This document shows positions 52,450 to 63,536 of a stretch of DNA of 64,000 nucleotides, one piece after another; the first letter of the stretch is position 1, and each line of letters begins with the position of its first letter. Made by a program: the position numbers and the translations under genes. The notes under the pieces were generated by a model, which saw only the letters and a list, made by a program, of their open reading frames with translations, ran no database searches and was not told the DNA's origin. The DNA comes from Patescibacteria group bacterium (GTDB lineage Bacteria; Patescibacteriota; Patescibacteriia; Patescibacteriales; UBA12465), in contig JBAZJK010000001.1 of NCBI GenBank assembly GCA_041651355.1, positions 101,883 through 165,882 on the forward strand. The letters are read 5' to 3'.

Positions 52450-55400
52450 ATGAAAACATGGCTCAAAAATATCCCCTCTTTAAAGCTAATAAGCCTAGTC
52501 GGTTTTTTTATTTTTGCTTTTGCATTGATATCAGCTGATTCGGCCCAAGCCCTATCCGGGGATTACAATAAAGCGACTAATGGGATTTTAGCTAACACGG
52601 ATTGGAACAACCTGCCTAACGATTTTTTACCTTTAAGTGGCGGTTGGTTGAGCGGCAATCTAGCTATCGGGACTAGCAGCACTTCTACTTATGCCCTAAA
52701 CGTTAACGGCACTATCAATGCCACCACCTTTATCGGCAGTCTGACTGGTTCGGTTAGCGCGGCCAATGTCTCTAACGGAGCTTTTGGTTCTAACGTTGGT
52801 GGCGGTCTTTATAGCTTCCCGTCTAACGTCGGGATCGGGACGACGAATCCGGGGTACGCTTTAGAAGTAAACGGGGTTATTTATACTTCCGGATCAAATT
52901 ATGTTTCCGGCAACTCTATTATTGGTCGTTCTAGCGTACAATCTCCTCTATTTTTTAACACAACGGACGCTAATACTATTATTACTACTAGAACAGCGAC
53001 AAAAGATATAGTGTTGAATTTAAATCAGGGCGCAGGAACGGAAATCATGAGACTTACTTCGAGTGGCAACGTCGGAGTCGGCGTAACCAATCCAAGCTAT
53101 AAGTTGCAAGTATCACAGTCTACAGACACTTCTTTGTATGTGGAAAGGACCGGCGCTAATGCTTCTGCCGGGATTGTCAAGGCAGGGGACGGTCTAGTAA
53201 CCATCGGGGCAAATACTTTTGATCCTTTGCAATTGGTGGTCAATGCTAATCCGGTCATGTATTTAACGACTGGAGCTAACGTCGGCATCGGTACCACCTC
53301 TCCAGCTTATAAATTAGATGTTTCTGGTGGCCAAATTAATTCTTCTGGCGGCCTATGTATCGCTGGCGATTGTAAGACCGCCTGGTCACAGGTTAGCGGT
53401 ATTAGTTATTGGACACTTAATGGTTCTACTTTATACGCCTCTAATACCGCTTGGAATATTGGGATCGGGACGACCAGCCCAACTTATAAACTGTCTATCG
53501 GCACCGATGGTAGCTTCAATAAAAATCAGGGATTATTTTTTGATAATTCGGTTGGCATTTATCGTATTGCGAGCACTCAATTAGGGATTGGTAACGGAAC
53601 TGGTGATGTTATCATTGAGGCTGGCGGCGTACTCAGAACAGCAAATAACTATCGTTTAACTGCAAGCAATGCAGCGGCGGCGCCAACTTATACTTTTAAC
53701 ACAGATGTAGATACGGGTATTTTTAATCCAGCAGCTAATTCTATTGCCATTTCCGCTAGCGGGACCGAAGCGATGCGGATTATTGCTGGTGGTAATGTCG
53801 GCATCGGCACCACTAATCCATTAGCTAATCTTGAGATTTTGGCCTCTTCTTCAGCCAGGGTAAACCTGAAAGGACTTGATTCTGGCAAAAATGCCGGCAT
53901 CTATTTAGGCATGTCGTCCAGGGAGTGGAAGATGGAGCAGTTGGCTTACAATACTTATGGCAATAATCTCTATGATTTTGAAATAAAATATGTCGGCACG
54001 CAATATGGCGGTAATTTGTTATTTAATCCGGCCGGCAATGTCGGCATCGGGACAACCAACCCAACCTCTGCTCGTTTAGTCGTGACGGGAGACTCTACCT
54101 ATAATATTGATGCTGGGAGCATGAAAATCGCCAACGTGGCTCCAGGATCAACGTCTACTGATGCAGTGAATAGGAATCAATTGGATTCAGCAATAGCTGG
54201 TATTTCATATTGGGATGTTAATGGGTCAAATATTTATGCTTCTAACACTTCTTGGAATGTCGGTATCGGTACCACCTCTCCAGCTTATAAATTAGATGTT
54301 TCTGGTGGCCAAATTAATTCTTCTGGCGGCCTATGTATCGCTGGCGATTGTAAGACCGCCTGGTCACAGGTTAGTGGAACTAGTTATTGGGGTCTAAATG
54401 GAAGCAATTTATATGCTTCTTCAACGGCTTATAATGTCGGAATCGGGACGACTAACCCGAATCATAAATTGGAAGTAAATGTTACTTCTGTAAATGATAA
54501 TAATTTTCTTTCTTTAATAAATAATGCCGGTTGGACTTCAGGTAAATATAACAACGTAGTCTGGAGAGATTCTACAAATATAACAGGTGCGCTCGGTTTA
54601 GTATATAATTCAGGTTCTGCCACCGTAGATTTTACTGTTAATTCCTTGTATAACGGTGCCTATAAAACCACCGCCTATGTCCCCTTTATAATCAAGGGTA
54701 GTGGCAACGTCGGCATCGGCACCACCACTCCAAATTCGCCTTTGCATGTTGTAGGAGCAGCTGGTTCTTTCGGACAACTTAACATTGATTCTACCTCTAC
54801 CGCTAACCAGTCTAATTTCGCTATTTCTAAGGGTGGTTTGAGATATTGGGCGATTTATACGCCTGGTGAAAATTCAGATTTTAGGTTCTACGCTGATCCG
54901 GCTAGAAGCGGCGGCGTGGGCGATATTATGACTTTGGCTAACACGGGCAAGGTGGCGATTGGGACTACAACTATGACCTCAGCTCAGTTATCTGTTAATT
55001 ACGTTGGTGGTTCCGGCGCTTCAATTGATGCTGGTAATTCAAGGGTGCAAAATTTATCTACCGCTACTGATCCTAAAGATGCTATATCATATGGCCAGGC
55101 TACATCTACTATGTGGGGCATATTAGCCTCTCCGATGATAGCAAATTTTGATTTAAATAATCATGATATCATTAATGTCAATAAGTTGACTGTTAACACT
55201 ATCGATCCTTTGTATAATATCCGAGGGACAAAATACTCTACTTACGCCGCCTCTATCGCTGGCGGGGTCAAGGAAGAATATGTGGGCAATCTCAGGATAG
55301 ACACCTATCATGCTGGTTTTGGCTATGAAAAAGTTTTAGATTTTTCAAAGATTGAAGCTGGTGATGACCTCTGGGTCTGGCGTAATGTGGTAGATTTTGG

Positions 55401-55602
55401 TCCTGATAACGTCCAGGTTTTCATTACTCCGTTTGGTAGTTTCGCTCAGACATATTATTTAGTGAAAGATAATAAGATAGTCTTCCGGAGCGATAAGCCG
55501 GTTTCAGTTTCATATCGCTTGATTGGTAAGCGTTTTGACTGGAAGTCTTGGCCGACCAAAGCTCTTAATCAGACAGAGAGGGCTGGTTTAGTGATCGATT
55601 AA
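52450..55602 (+). CDS. giant secreted fibre-like repeat protein
   Basis: The track ORF starts at TTG 52438. ATG 52450 gives MKTWLKN... with a signal peptide ...DSAQA. There are about 10 copies of the N(V/I)GIGTT.P...L.V motif. Confidence 0.8.
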   Translation: MKTWLKNIPSLKLISLVGFFIFAFALISADSAQALSGDYNKATNGILANTDWNNLPNDFLPLSGGWLSGNLAIGTSSTSTYALNVNGTINATTFIGSLTGSVSAANVSNGAFGSNVGGGLYSFPSNVGIGTTNPGYALEVNGVIYTSGSNYVSGNSIIGRSSVQSPLFFNTTDANTIITTRTATKDIVLNLNQGAGTEIMRLTSSGNVGVGVTNPSYKLQVSQSTDTSLYVERTGANASAGIVKAGDGLVTIGANTFDPLQLVVNANPVMYLTTGANVGIGTTSPAYKLDVSGGQINSSGGLCIAGDCKTAWSQVSGISYWTLNGSTLYASNTAWNIGIGTTSPTYKLSIGTDGSFNKNQGLFFDNSVGIYRIASTQLGIGNGTGDVIIEAGGVLRTANNYRLTASNAAAAPTYTFNTDVDTGIFNPAANSIAISASGTEAMRIIAGGNVGIGTTNPLANLEILASSSARVNLKGLDSGKNAGIYLGMSSREWKMEQLAYNTYGNNLYDFEIKYVGTQYGGNLLFNPAGNVGIGTTNPTSARLVVTGDSTYNIDAGSMKIANVAPGSTSTDAVNRNQLDSAIAGISYWDVNGSNIYASNTSWNVGIGTTSPAYKLDVSGGQINSSGGLCIAGDCKTAWSQVSGTSYWGLNGSNLYASSTAYNVGIGTTNPNHKLEVNVTSVNDNNFLSLINNAGWTSGKYNNVVWRDSTNITGALGLVYNSGSATVDFTVNSLYNGAYKTTAYVPFIIKGSGNVGIGTTTPNSPLHVVGAAGSFGQLNIDSTSTANQSNFAISKGGLRYWAIYTPGENSDFRFYADPARSGGVGDIMTLANTGKVAIGTTTMTSAQLSVNYVGGSGASIDAGNSRVQNLSTATDPKDAISYGQATSTMWGILASPMIANFDLNNHDIINVNKLTVNTIDPLYNIRGTKYSTYAASIAGGVKEEYVGNLRIDTYHAGFGYEKVLDFSKIEAGDDLWVWRNVVDFGPDNVQVFITPFGSFAQTYYLVKDNKIVFRSDKPVSVSYRLIGKRFDWKSWPTKALNQTERAGLVID
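53287..53396 (+). repeat. 110-bp perfect direct repeat, copy 1 (inside the fibre-like gene)
   Basis: atcggtaccacctctccagc...cctggtcacaggttag is identical to 54265-54374. It encodes IGTTSPAYKLDVSGGQINSSGGLCIAGDCKTAWSQVS. Confidence 0.9.
54265..54374 (+). repeat. 110-bp perfect direct repeat, copy 2
   Basis: Identical to 53287-53396, offset by 978 bp (in frame, 326 codons). Confidence 0.9.
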
Positions 55603-55670
55603 ATATTAAATTTATATAAATAAAAGGAGGTTTAAGCTCTAATAAATTAGCCCTTAGACCGAATAATACT

Positions 55671-56324
55671 ATGGATAAATTCACAACTGAGCCAAATTCC
55701 AAAAAAATTTGGATCTTATTGGGCCTAGTAGTGGTTATAATCATCATTACTGTAATCGCGGCTATGCCTAAGCAAAAAAAAGAGGCAACAACTCCTGCTC
55801 CTAAGCCAGCGGCCACCTCTATCAATGATACTGCGGCTAAGAGCCAGGTGGAAATTGCTCAGGAAAGCGTTGCAGCCTTGAAGGACGCCGCTCAAGTAGT
55901 GCCAAACAGTATTAATTTAGTCACTAAGGATAATAAAGTGGTTAACCTTCAGGGTGAGGTGGTTAGGACTGATCTGCCTTTAACCTCTCCGCAAGCTCCG
56001 CAACAGACCGGCCCTCTTAATAAAGAAGAATTGTCCGCCAAAGTCATTAAACTTGATATGAGTTTAGAGAAGGGAATCAGTCCGGCAGAATTCACGGTTT
56101 CTAAGGGAGCACCGATTTCCATTGCTGTCAGCTCAATTGACCAGTGGACTCATATTTTCCGCTTTGAGGATAAATCCTTATCTTCTGTGGCCATCGGAGT
56201 TTCTACTGGAGAAACCAGAGCCATGACTTTCAATGCTCCGACTAAGGCAGGGGAATATAAGTTCTATTGCGATTTACCTAGCCATGCTAGCCGAGGCGAA
56301 GTTGGTAAAATGATCGTCAAATAA
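55671..56324 (+). CDS. membrane-anchored cupredoxin-fold protein
   Basis: N-terminal TM helix. The C-terminal domain has WTHIFRFED and GEYKFYCDLPSHASRGEVGKMIV, a Cupredoxin_1-like His...Cys..His...Met arrangement with altered spacing. Confidence 0.6.
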   Translation: MDKFTTEPNSKKIWILLGLVVVIIIITVIAAMPKQKKEATTPAPKPAATSINDTAAKSQVEIAQESVAALKDAAQVVPNSINLVTKDNKVVNLQGEVVRTDLPLTSPQAPQQTGPLNKEELSAKVIKLDMSLEKGISPAEFTVSKGAPISIAVSSIDQWTHIFRFEDKSLSSVAIGVSTGETRAMTFNAPTKAGEYKFYCDLPSHASRGEVGKMIVK

Positions 56325-56334
56325 ATTTTATAAT

Positions 56335-58500
56335 ATGAAAAATCCTAATAAAAAAATCTTAATTTCCCTGTCTATTGCTTGTCTTTTAGGATTATTCGCC
56401 TACCTCTCGCCCACCCTGGCTAAGGTCATAAACTTTGGTACTGGTAGTGATACTTCCTACTTTCCCGGTAATATTGGCGTGGGCGCAACCACTACTGATA
56501 AATTAAACGTTAGCGGTACTTTAAGAGTCACTGGGACAACCACCTTAGCCGCCTATACTGGCCAAGGCAACCAGTGCCTTTATGTGGATAACGGCGGTAT
56601 CGTCAGGATGCTGGGCAGCCAATGCGGTTCAGCAACCGGCGGCGATAATCTAGGTAATCATACCGCAACCCAAAACCTTAATTTAGCAGCTAACGCTTTA
56701 GTAGGTAACGGCGGCAGTACTGGTATTACGATTTCTAGCGGTGGAGCGGTAAGCGTTGCTAATGGTCTGACTTTGACTTCTGGAACTCTATCTTTGCCTA
56801 ATAACGCAGTCACTGATGCTATGGTCTCTGACACTCTAACTGCTTCTAACCTAGTATCCGGTAGTGCAGTCGTTTCGGATGCGGAGGTGGATAATAATAT
56901 AACCGTTACTAGCGGCACGATTGGCAGTAATAACGTTTCTTCCGCTTCTACTTGGACAACTTTAGGCACGTTGACGATTGGTGATAATGGTGATGCAGTT
57001 TTGATGTCAGCCACTAATTGGGATGTTGATTCTTCTGGCAATATCTTTGCTAATGGTGGATTTTCCACGTATGACACAACAGTGACTGATAACTATATCG
57101 AAGCCGGAGGCTTTTGTATGGGCAATGGCACCAACTGCATTACCTCTTGGACTAATGCTGGCGGCAACGTTAACGCTTCTTCGCCGACCGCTAATTATGT
57201 CACTAAATTTTCTGACAGCGATACGATTGCTAATTCACAGATTTTTGATAATGGTTCTGGAGTTGGCATCGGCACCACCACTGTTTCCTCGGCTCGCTTA
57301 GTGGTTGATAGCGCCTCAACATATAGCATTGATGCTGGGGGTAAGCCAATGATTAATGTAGGTATATCCGCTGATCCCACCGCTTCTGTTAATAGGAATT
57401 ATGTAGATTCAGCTATAGCCGGTATTAGTGGCGGCGGTGGTTACTGGATGACGACTGGTAGTGCTATCTATGCTACAAGTACCATGACCAGTGTCGGTGT
57501 TGGTACAACCTCTCCAACCGCTCCTTTTGAGGTCTATGGCGGTTTCTATATGGGTGGCGGTAGTGGCGATGTTGATAATAATGGATATGTTAATTCCATC
57601 GACGCCTTGATCGCTGCTCAATTTGCTCATAATTTAACTAGCTTAACTCCTTTGCAACAGGCCATGGCTGATGTCGATGGTGACGGCATGGTAACTGATT
57701 TTGATGCTAAGAACATCATGAAAAGGTTTGTAAATATTTATAGTAGTCGTAATCAGATGAATACAGAAAGTCGGAGACTCAAAGCTCTCGGGCTTAATTT
57801 TGACGGTAGCGGACAAGTAATGATTGGTTATAGCGATTATTCTAATGAGGTGTATATGCGCGATCGTTTTACCGTTTTTGGCACATCTTTAATGGACACA
57901 ACAGCGACCAGCACCTTTAATCCCTCTAATAGCACCTCAAGTGCCTTGATGCTCACCGGCCCTTATGGCGGAGGCTTGATATTCAAAGACACCGCTTATG
58001 GTGGCCTTTGGATGTCTGATAGCGGCCAGACTTTGAATTTTGCCTCTAATGGCAGTGGTAGCGGTTTCGGTAGCACTTACGGCCAAATGGTTTTAAAGAA
58101 TGGTAACGTCGGCATTAGCACTACTAATCCAACCAGGCCATTGCATGTTGTCGGTAACGTCCAGGTAGATTCTGGTTCCGTAACCGCTGATGCTTTCTAC
58201 TATAATTCTGACCGGACTTTGAAGAAGGATATTAAGCCGATATATGGAGCTTTAGCTAAAGTTTTGAACTTACAGGGTGTCTCCTTTAAATGGCGCGATA
58301 GCGGGGAAGCCAACTATGGCTTTATCGCTCAAGATGTAGAAAAAGTGTTACCAGAGTTAGTGGAAACCGGAGTCGATGGCAAGAAATCTGTCGCCTATGG
58401 TAATTTCACTGCCATATTAGTAGAAGCTCTTAAAACTCAGCAAAAGGAAATTGATTCTCTACAGGCTAGGGTTAAGTCCTTGGAAAGCAGCCTAAAATAG
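56335..58500 (+). CDS. secreted fibre-like protein with dockerin-like repeats and C-terminal S74 intramolecular-chaperone domain
   Basis: Signal peptide and GIGTT-type motifs. A dockerin-like pair is present (GDVDNNGYVNSIDALIAAQ and ADVDGDGMVTDFDAKNIMKRF). The C-terminus SDRTLKKDIKPI...GFIAQDVEKVLPELV...VAYGNFTAILVEALK matches the Peptidase_S74 pattern. Confidence 0.8.
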   Translation: MKNPNKKILISLSIACLLGLFAYLSPTLAKVINFGTGSDTSYFPGNIGVGATTTDKLNVSGTLRVTGTTTLAAYTGQGNQCLYVDNGGIVRMLGSQCGSATGGDNLGNHTATQNLNLAANALVGNGGSTGITISSGGAVSVANGLTLTSGTLSLPNNAVTDAMVSDTLTASNLVSGSAVVSDAEVDNNITVTSGTIGSNNVSSASTWTTLGTLTIGDNGDAVLMSATNWDVDSSGNIFANGGFSTYDTTVTDNYIEAGGFCMGNGTNCITSWTNAGGNVNASSPTANYVTKFSDSDTIANSQIFDNGSGVGIGTTTVSSARLVVDSASTYSIDAGGKPMINVGISADPTASVNRNYVDSAIAGISGGGGYWMTTGSAIYATSTMTSVGVGTTSPTAPFEVYGGFYMGGGSGDVDNNGYVNSIDALIAAQFAHNLTSLTPLQQAMADVDGDGMVTDFDAKNIMKRFVNIYSSRNQMNTESRRLKALGLNFDGSGQVMIGYSDYSNEVYMRDRFTVFGTSLMDTTATSTFNPSNSTSSALMLTGPYGGGLIFKDTAYGGLWMSDSGQTLNFASNGSGSGFGSTYGQMVLKNGNVGISTTNPTRPLHVVGNVQVDSGSVTADAFYYNSDRTLKKDIKPIYGALAKVLNLQGVSFKWRDSGEANYGFIAQDVEKVLPELVETGVDGKKSVAYGNFTAILVEALKTQQKEIDSLQARVKSLESSLK

Positions 58501-58527
58501 TTATCAGTTTGAATTAATCTATCTCTT

Positions 58528-59133
58528 ATGAAGACTAATCGGCCAATTTTTAATCAAAAGATGTTTCTGGCGATGGGAGTAGTTTTAGCTGTCTTCCTAA
58601 TTATTTTAGTGATCGTCGACATTTCTCGCCGGAGCGGGAAGGAAGCCGCCAAAAAAGTCTATCCAGAGACCACTGATAAGTCGACGGAGCTCGTTATTCC
58701 GGTTGGCCGGACCGAAACCGAACCCAGCCCATTCAGGGCAGAGGTGCCAGCCAATACGGTCGTGCCCGAGATGGATTCTGACCCCAAGAAGATAACGGAC
58801 AAAGAAATCGTGGTTCCGACTTATGTGGCGCCCGCCGCTCCAGGGATTGAAAGCAAGTTCCGGATTTTTGATATCAAGGGGGAGGATAACGCATATAACC
58901 CCAGCAAGATCATTGCCAGAGTCGGGGATACTGTTCATGTTAATTTTACCGCCGTTGATAAGGATTATGATATAATCTTTCCTGACTATAGCATGTCACA
59001 GCAAGCTAAGATGGGCCAGACCAAAGTTTTAGAGTTCCAGGCCTTGCAAGAAGGTGATTTCTTATACTATTGCCAAGCTTGCGGCGGACCTAATAGTACG
59101 GCTGTCGGCCATATAATCATCGTTAATAAATAG
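58528..59133 (+). CDS. membrane-anchored degenerate cupredoxin-fold protein
   Basis: N-terminal TM helix. The C-terminal domain resembles that of 55671..56324 (GDTVHVNFTAVDKDYDIIF, GDFLYYCQACGGPNSTAVGHIIIV) but lacks canonical copper-ligand spacing. Confidence 0.55.
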   Translation: MKTNRPIFNQKMFLAMGVVLAVFLIILVIVDISRRSGKEAAKKVYPETTDKSTELVIPVGRTETEPSPFRAEVPANTVVPEMDSDPKKITDKEIVVPTYVAPAAPGIESKFRIFDIKGEDNAYNPSKIIARVGDTVHVNFTAVDKDYDIIFPDYSMSQQAKMGQTKVLEFQALQEGDFLYYCQACGGPNSTAVGHIIIVNK

Positions 59134-59155
59134 TCTTGATAATTAGATTTTTTAT

Positions 59156-60631
59156 ATGTTAAAAAAATCTACCATACCAATCAGCTTGATGTTGCTCAGT
59201 TTAGTGGTCTTTTCGATAGTCTCCATTAAGACCGCTTTGGCGGCCGGTTACGTCAATGTCACCAATGGCTATCAGATTCTGGTTAATCAGGGGATAGTAA
59301 ATTTAACCGCCCAGACCCGGAGCATTAATATCGACACTTCGAAGGTGACGACATCATTTTTTATCCCTACTAAGACTGTGGGCGAAGTAGATTCATATCT
59401 AGCTAGCCCTTTGCATACAGCCGTGCAGCAAGGGGGTGACACTACTCCGCCGACTTTCACCTTGGTTAGCCTAACCCCGACCCAGAACTATACTTATGCT
59501 AGTTTTTCTATTAATGAAAACGGGTATTATAAGTTTGCTCAAAGTACAAGCGGTTATCCTTCCGAGCCTGGCACGGCTTGGATGCCAATGACCGCTAATT
59601 CAAATTATCTTGTAAATATCGGCGGGCAGTATAACACCTTCTATTACTACCGTATATTCTATAAGGATGCGGCTGATAATTCTGGCGTTTATAGTGGTAC
59701 ACTGACCACGGCTTCTGACACTCAAGCCCCTAGTATAAGCATTTCTTACGGTCCGGCCCTGTCAAGTACGAATCCACCAGCCTATGAAATAAACTTTTAT
59801 ATGAATGAAAACGGCCAATACGGTTTTGCTTATAGTCCGAGTTCTTATCCAGATCCGGCCACTAACCAATCCGCAACTGCTTACCAGGTCTATAATCATC
59901 TAATTGGTGATCAGGCTAATACGGGTTATTATTATACAATAAAAGCTAAAGATGCTGCTGGTAATACTAGCACTCACCAGAATTATGTTGTAACAACTAG
60001 CGATACAACTGGACCAGTGTTATCTGAAATCACTGATTCTCCTGGGCATGATCCAGCGACCTTAATTAGTTTTATCTCTGATGAAGCCGGAGAATACCAG
60101 ATATTATATGCAGCCACTGAAGAAGATCTAATGAATATGGATGAACCAGTATCTTGGGAGACAATGTCTGCGGGCAATAATGGTAAAGAAATCGGTGATG
60201 AAACAGTGAATACTAATTTCTACTATATAATTTATGCTCGTGACACCTTGTTTAATACCAGTAACTCAGGGGTACTAACGGTAGGAAGTCCTGGTAGTGA
60301 TGATGGTAATCCTGATATTTCTATTGTCGGCCAAAGGCCTAGCGCCACTCCGCCAGCCATGGAGATACTGATTCAAAACGATGGCGCCGACGAAACTTTT
60401 TATCAACTTTTCTGGTCAATCGATCGTGAGTATATTAATACCTTGAAAGATATTGAACCAGCTAAAAATGGACAAGCCTTAGGTGCTCCTGGTAGATCTA
60501 TTACCGAATTGGTCGGTGACACCCCCTATACCCATTATTTCTATAGGATATTCACTCAGAATCCGCATAGACCGGAGACCATTAATTCTACTAATAGTTT
60601 AGAATTGGACACTGAAGGAGGCGCGGATTGA
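59156..60631 (+). CDS. secreted protein with four Ig-like repeats
   Basis: Signal peptide ...KTALA|AG. Four modules of about 95 aa each begin with D(T)T.P and contain a Y(Y)Y.I.A.D.AGN-type motif. Confidence 0.75.
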   Translation: MLKKSTIPISLMLLSLVVFSIVSIKTALAAGYVNVTNGYQILVNQGIVNLTAQTRSINIDTSKVTTSFFIPTKTVGEVDSYLASPLHTAVQQGGDTTPPTFTLVSLTPTQNYTYASFSINENGYYKFAQSTSGYPSEPGTAWMPMTANSNYLVNIGGQYNTFYYYRIFYKDAADNSGVYSGTLTTASDTQAPSISISYGPALSSTNPPAYEINFYMNENGQYGFAYSPSSYPDPATNQSATAYQVYNHLIGDQANTGYYYTIKAKDAAGNTSTHQNYVVTTSDTTGPVLSEITDSPGHDPATLISFISDEAGEYQILYAATEEDLMNMDEPVSWETMSAGNNGKEIGDETVNTNFYYIIYARDTLFNTSNSGVLTVGSPGSDDGNPDISIVGQRPSATPPAMEILIQNDGADETFYQLFWSIDREYINTLKDIEPAKNGQALGAPGRSITELVGDTPYTHYFYRIFTQNPHRPETINSTNSLELDTEGGAD

Positions 60632-60716
60632 ATGTAGATCTAGTTGGTTTGCTAGGGTTTAGTTTTTATTGTATACTAAGAGTTGATTATTAATTGCATT
60701 TAATTATTTTATTACT

Positions 60717-60923
60717 ATGAAAAAAGAAATATCCTTGATCCCCTTAATTCTTTCCTTGTTCGTCGTTATCCTCGTCGTCTTATGCGTCTATTTCGGTTGG
60801 CAGGTTAAGCGCCAAGAAACTAGGATCAATAAGTTACAGGCGACCGTAGTGGATAACAACAACAAAGTCAACGCTATCGTCTCTTTCATCAACTCCAGCC
60901 TGGCAAGCACTCAGAAGAAGTAA
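60717..60923 (+). CDS. small bitopic protein, paralogue 1
   Basis: 68 aa with an N-terminal TM helix followed by INKLQATVVDNNNKVNAIVSFINSS. Confidence 0.5.
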   Translation: MKKEISLIPLILSLFVVILVVLCVYFGWQVKRQETRINKLQATVVDNNNKVNAIVSFINSSLASTQKK

Positions 60924-60964
60924 TAAAAATTAAAATATAATAGCTTATGCGAACAGAAAAAAAT

Positions 60965-61213
60965 ATGAAAAAAGAACTAATCTTTCCTTTGGTCATCGGT
61001 TTAATTCTCGGCGTCCTAGTAATGCTCTTCTGGCAATTCAATTCCAAGCTTAACAACCAGAGGGCGATTTTGATTCAATTAGAACAAGCAGTTAGCACTA
61101 ACACCAAGACCATTGGTGATGTCGTCAATTTTATCAACACGGCTGCTAATCCTCAGGGGGCTAACAATGCTAATCCCAGCCAAAGCACGCCGCCAGCCGA
61201 GACTCAAGAATAG
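60965..61213 (+). CDS. small bitopic protein, paralogue 2
   Basis: The start was moved to the second ATG (MKKELIFPL...) by analogy with paralogue 1. The LIQLEQAVSTNTKTIGDVVNFINTA segment is homologous to it. Confidence 0.5.
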   Translation: MKKELIFPLVIGLILGVLVMLFWQFNSKLNNQRAILIQLEQAVSTNTKTIGDVVNFINTAANPQGANNANPSQSTPPAETQE

Positions 61214-61288
61214 CAAAATATCCTTAATTTTAAGCAAAAAACCGCCTTATCTTGGGTGGTTTTTTGAAAAAAAAGATGTTATAATTAA

Positions 61289-63424
<2,136 letters not shown>

Positions 63425-63454
63425 ACAAAAAATCTCCCGAGCGGGAGATCTTTG
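63425..63454. terminator. bidirectional hairpin terminator, repeat copy 1
   Basis: ACAAAAAATCTCCC-gagc-GGGAGATCTTTG. The identical 30-mer recurs at 63969-63998. Confidence 0.6.
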
Positions 63455-63536
63455 CGGTTTCACTATAGTAGTTGTATGAGCCGAACTTTAGCTTTTTCAA
63501 TATAGCAAATTTTATAGCTAAAGTCAATTAACTTTT

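Noticed and set aside
55671-59133. Calling the two cupredoxin-fold proteins functional blue-copper electron carriers.
   Set aside because: Ligand spacing is non-canonical in the first and the ligand set is largely missing in the second. Only the fold-level call is retained.
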